Below, piece by piece: positions 61,001-64,000 of a DNA stretch of 64,000 bases. Positions within the stretch are counted from its first letter, which is position 1. The number at the start of each line of letters is the position of its first letter. The translations under genes were made by a program, and so were the position numbers. The stretch comes from Tubiluchus corallicola (lineage: Eukaryota > Animalia > Priapulida): positions 62,001 to 126,000 of the forward strand of contig JAQGDQ010000592.1 of NCBI GenBank assembly GCA_030141605.1, in the 5' to 3' direction. The notes beneath the pieces were generated by a model. The model was not told the origin of the DNA. It searched no databases and saw nothing but the letters and a program-made list of their open reading frames with translations.

Positions 61001-62043
61001 AATATTCATAACGAACTAACTCAGAATAACATGTGAGTGTATAAAAAGATGCTTAATGATAAGATAGATATCATCATGTGCTTGTTACGTGTGATACGTT
61101 TTTGCATGGATGATTGCACATGAAAAAATATGCTACAGTTTTTATATAATTTACTTTACATATGTCTCAGAAACGTGCTTGATTGTCTTCCTGCATCTAT
61201 TACCATTGTTTTTAGCAGCAATTCCGCAAGTTGAAACGCATGCGCATTGGTTGCTCCGAAAACGCCACTTCGTTGGAGTTTCAAGTTTTTCACAGCCGCA
61301 AATGCTGCAAACGTAATTTCTATGAGTTACGCAGTATGTAGGTGACACAACATTTAAAGATCATTTTAGCTTCATGTAAATGAAGGTTTTCTTCCTGTAA
61401 TTCATTATCAATGCTTACCTGCCAGAACAAACAAAACATCCCCACGATCTTGGGCTCTGTATAGCGCTGGTTTATTAATCCGTTCTATTTTTGGACTGTC
61501 GACGAGCGAAAATAATTGGAAGGATTTTGAGATGGACAGGTCAAAATCTGCCGAAAGCAAGTTTGGATTCTTCTCAATCTCAAGTGTTTGAAGAGCAGAA
61601 AGTTTACTAAACGCTTTATAGTCTATAGTCTGTAACTTGCCGTTCTTGAATATTTTTACATGCCTTATCCTGTTAAATTTGTCATAAACAAATGCTTCTC
61701 TCAAATGTTCCACTTGTGTCGATTCTAGAGATAATTTAACAACATTAATCCCAGCTAGAAACTCATTTTCCGGTAACTCTCTATCAGCATATTCCTTTAT
61801 ATTCATAGAATACACTTTGAATTCGACCCTTGCAGACCAATCAGCTGCCTCTTGTTTTGTGTGCCATATGCAAAAGACAAAATCGCAACTAGCAAAAGTA
61901 TCACCCAGAACTCCTGGATTTGGAGGTTTCCTAGGGAAAAAGCATGGTAAAATCTTTTCGGCAGACTCTTGATTGCATTCCTGGAATGCAGCGGGTTGGA
62001 AAAAACAGCAAATCAGTAAAAATAACATCAGCAAAACCTCCAT
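48913..62043 (-). CDS. Uncharacterised secreted/GPI-anchored LRR-LRRCT-Thr stalk-multi-EGF protein (~724 aa if all exons are used)
   Basis: Exons 62043-61419, 60748-60578, then phase-1 EGF exons 58522-58409, 57505-(gap), (gap)-57063, 56434-56321, 55902-55792, 54728-54615, 54354-54244, 52750-52640, 52182-52066, 51582-51469, 50024-49911, last exon 49046-48913 (TGA); minus-strand AATAAA at 48779-48774. Confidence 0.85.
49911..50024 (-). CDS. EGF exon type A ([38 protein letters not shown])
   Basis: 114 nt, AG/GT. Confidence 0.87.
50370..50830 (-). mobile_element. Degenerate CR1-like LINE 3' end
   Basis: Minus-strand peptide ..[21 protein letters not shown]...*NSPETAS.. resembles the YxERLxxLxLxSLxxRR...WNxLP LINE ORF2 tail; interrupts the EGF repeat-unit intron. 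Confidence 0.35.
51469..51582 (-). CDS. EGF exon type A' ([38 protein letters not shown])
   Basis: 114 nt, AG/GT. Confidence 0.87.
52066..52182 (-). CDS. EGF exon type A' ([39 protein letters not shown])
   Basis: 117 nt, AG/GT. Confidence 0.87.
52640..52750 (-). CDS. EGF exon type B ([37 protein letters not shown])
   Basis: 111 nt, AG/GT. Confidence 0.88.
52811..52853 (-). pseudogene. Dead type A EGF exon fragment ([13 protein letters not shown])
   Basis: Acceptor reads ttttccGT instead of ttttccAG; 3' two-thirds of the exon and most of the following intron are deleted. Confidence 0.78.
54244..54354 (-). CDS. EGF exon type B ([37 protein letters not shown])
   Basis: 111 nt, AG/GT. Confidence 0.88.
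54615..54728 (-). CDS. EGF exon type A ([38 protein letters not shown])
   Basis: 114 nt, AG/GT. Confidence 0.88.
55792..55902 (-). CDS. EGF exon type B ([37 protein letters not shown])
   Basis: 111 nt, AG/GT, DIDEC calcium-binding-type start. Confidence 0.88.
56321..56434 (-). CDS. EGF exon type A ([38 protein letters not shown])
   Basis: 114 nt, AG/GT, 6 Cys. Confidence 0.88.
57063..57155 (-). CDS. EGF exon, type B (calcium-binding type), truncated by gap (..[30 protein letters not shown])
   Basis: GT donor at 57062; near-identical to other B exons. Confidence 0.82.
57156..57419. other. Assembly gap (N run)
   Basis: ~264 Ns inside the EGF tandem array. Confidence 0.99.
57420..57505 (-). 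CDS. EGF exon, type A, truncated by assembly gap ([28 protein letters not shown]..)
   Basis: ccag acceptor; runs into Ns. Confidence 0.82.
58409..58522 (-). CDS. EGF exon 1 ([37 protein letters not shown])
   Basis: 6-Cys EGF, 114 nt, AG/GT. Confidence 0.9.
59719..60240. repeat. 25-bp minisatellite, ~21 copies (intron 2 of the LRR-EGF gene)
   Basis: Unit gccacttatcccaacatt(g/a)acttaa. Confidence 0.95.
60578..60748 (-). CDS. Exon 2: LRRCT cap plus Thr/Ser-rich stalk
   Basis: [13 protein letters not shown]...CSQPQLSG...C then [14 protein letters not shown]; ttttgcag acceptor, GTGAGT donor. Confidence 0.9.
61419..62043 (-). CDS. Exon 1: signal peptide, Cys-rich cap and degenerate LRRs
   Basis: [20 protein letters not shown] signal; [26 protein letters not shown] is a typical LRR; GTAAG donor. 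Confidence 0.88.
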
Positions 62044-62352
62044 AATTTCATTGTCATTTTATTCGTAACAAGAATAGGAAATAAAACAGCTTAAACTTGC
62101 TCTGATTTTTTTCCGAAATTTTTTCTTCTGATACCAATATCTACAAGCGATCGAACGTCCATCACAACAACAATAGAACGTTCTCAATTGTAGTAAGAAA
62201 TTCTATTTTGTTATCATAGCAACAACAATGGTTTTTCTAGACAACAATTGTCTAGAATCAAGAATAGAGGAATTTATAGCCGAGTGAGTTGTTTTATCAA
62301 CTATACGTAGTCGCCATAACATTTAAACATTTGACAACAAGGTGCAAATTTT

Positions 62353-63190
62353 ACGTTATGTGCTGTACCACTGCACAAGTAAAACGTTTCTGTTAAGCGT
62401 TATGTGCCGTACCACTGCACAAGTAAAACGTTTGTGTTAAACGTTATGTGCTGTACCACTGCACAAGTAAAACGTTTCTGTTAAACGTTATGTGCCGTAG
62501 CACTGCACAAGTAAAACGTTTCTGTTAAACGTTATGTGCTGTACCACTGCACAAGTAAAACGTTTCTGTTAAACGTTATGTGCCGTAGCACTGCACAAGT
62601 AAAACGTTTCTGTTAAACGTTATGTGCTGTACCACTACACAAGTAAAACGTTTCTGTTAAACGTTATGTGCCGTAGCACTGCACAAGTAAAACGTTTCTG
62701 TTAAACGTTATGTGCTGTACCACTGCACAAGTAAAACGTTTCTGTTAAACGTTATGTGCCGTAGCACTGCACAAGTAAAACGTTTCTGTTAAACGTTATG
62801 TGCTGTACCACTACACAAGTATAACGTTTCTGTTAACGTTATGTGCCGTACCACTGCACAAGTAAAACGTTTGTGTTAAACGTTATGTGCCGTACCACTG
62901 CGCAAGTAAAACGTTTCTGTTAAACGTTATGTGCCGTACCACTGCACAAGTAAAACGTTTCTGTTAAACGTTATGTGCTGTACCACTACACAAGTAAAAC
63001 GTTTCTGTTAAACGTTATGTGCCGTACCACTGCACAAGTAAAACGTTTGTGGGTTAAACGTTATGTGCCATACCACTGCACAAGTAAAACGTTTGTGGCA
63101 AACGTTATGTGCCGTACCACTGCACAAGTAAAACGTTTCTGTTAAACGTTATGTGCTGTACCACTGCACAAGTAAAAGGTTTCCGTTAAA
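62353..63190. repeat. 44-bp tandem repeat, ~19 copies, with higher-order periodicity
   Basis: Unit acgttatgtgc(t/c)gta(c/g)cactgcacaagtaaaacgtttctgttaa. Confidence 0.96.
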
Positions 63191-63314
63191 AAAAGACCTG
63201 GGTAAAAATCGTGAAATTTTTTGTTATTACTGTACCACAGTCACCAAAATGTCGTTGAGAAACTATTTTTGGTTGAACGTGACCTTGACCATCGACAATA
63301 TTTCACCAGGCGCA

Positions 63315-64000
63315 CACATGTAGATTTAGGTAATTCAAATGTGTCTTGGTAACTCAAATGTAGACTTTGGTAGTTCAAATGTGTTAACAATGGTTTTCAA
63401 GAAATCTTAAGCGTTTTTGGTAAGTCAAATGTAGGCACATGTTAAGTCAAATGTGACATTGGTATCTCAAATATGGATAGGTGGTAAAGCTTAAGGAAGT
63501 AAAATTTAATTTCCTTTAATCTTAATTTAATAACTGCTCTTAAGTTAAAATAACAACGTTATAGGCCTACGAATAGTTCACTAATATTCTGTAAACTTTA
63601 CATACCATTGGAACTGTTAGGGAAAACAATACATTCTTAAAATAAACAATGTTTCTTGAGAGAAACGAATTCATTAATACAGTGCTAATGCATTACTTAA
63701 AAAACTAATTAGTGATTCACTGTTCATTGGGAAGTGAGAACCGATTTATTCTTTTCTGCCGACATTTTTTGTAAAACGTTGACAAATAAAATGTAGAATT
63801 GGTGTATTTAAATAGTGCATACAAATAGTTGCAAATTAATCAAATATAATAAAAATTGATGCTGCCGATAGCACCACTACCATAAAATACAATTTTAATT
63901 TGGTTTTACCTTTTTGTAATTTGCACTTAAATGAGTTAATTACTGATTTATTCAAAATACCGCTTCTACATTTGACTTACTCAAGTCACGTTTGATTTAC
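63315..64000. mobile_element. Foldback/MITE-like element running off the window end
   Basis: ~20-bp ggta..tcaaatgt units at 63315-63480; gtaagtcaaatgtag (~63420) is the exact reverse complement of ctacatttgacttac (~63966-63980). Confidence 0.45.

Noticed and set aside
48913-62043. Naming the LRR-EGF gene as Slit, Notch, Crumbs or fibropellin
   Set aside because: EGF repeats alone would hit these, but LamG, LNR/ankyrin, CUB, avidin and cytoplasmic domains are not seen; no symbol assigned.
62353-63190. CRISPR-like appearance of regular repeats (also 59719-60240)
   Set aside because: Units are head-to-tail with no unique spacers, there are no cas genes, and the context is eukaryotic.

Overview
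AT-rich, intron-containing animal (invertebrate-like) genomic DNA; no prokaryotic features, rRNA, tRNA or CRISPR are supported. Three spliced protein-coding genes were reconstructed by hand, with consistent exon phases. (1) The 3' ~720 codons (14 exons) of ANAPC1/APC1 on + (1259-13213). (2) A complete 7-exon, ~335-aa dual oxidase maturation factor (DUOXA/moladietz-NIP family) on - (46542-15988), with one GC-AG intron and very large TE-filled introns. (3) An unnamed ~724-aa cell-surface protein on - (62043-48913): signal peptide, degenerate LRR region, LRRCT, Thr-rich stalk, at least 11 single-exon EGF modules and a GPI-anchor-like tail. Its EGF array arose by recent tandem duplication of an exon-pair unit and shows exon death (one crippled exon, one cleanly deleted exon); an assembly gap lies inside it. 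Introns carry a Penelope-like remnant (GIY-YIG, minimal hammerhead-ribozyme-like motif, inverted pLTR) interrupted by a Ty3/Gypsy fragment, a TIR-bounded PIF/Harbinger relic (MADF + transposase), nested foldback elements, LINE 3' ends, and several micro- and minisatellites. A divergent + strand splice donor next to the DUOXA 5' end raises the untested possibility of a head-to-head DUOX/DUOXA arrangement with the LRR-EGF gene nested in its first intron. All coordinates were read by eye and no searches were run.
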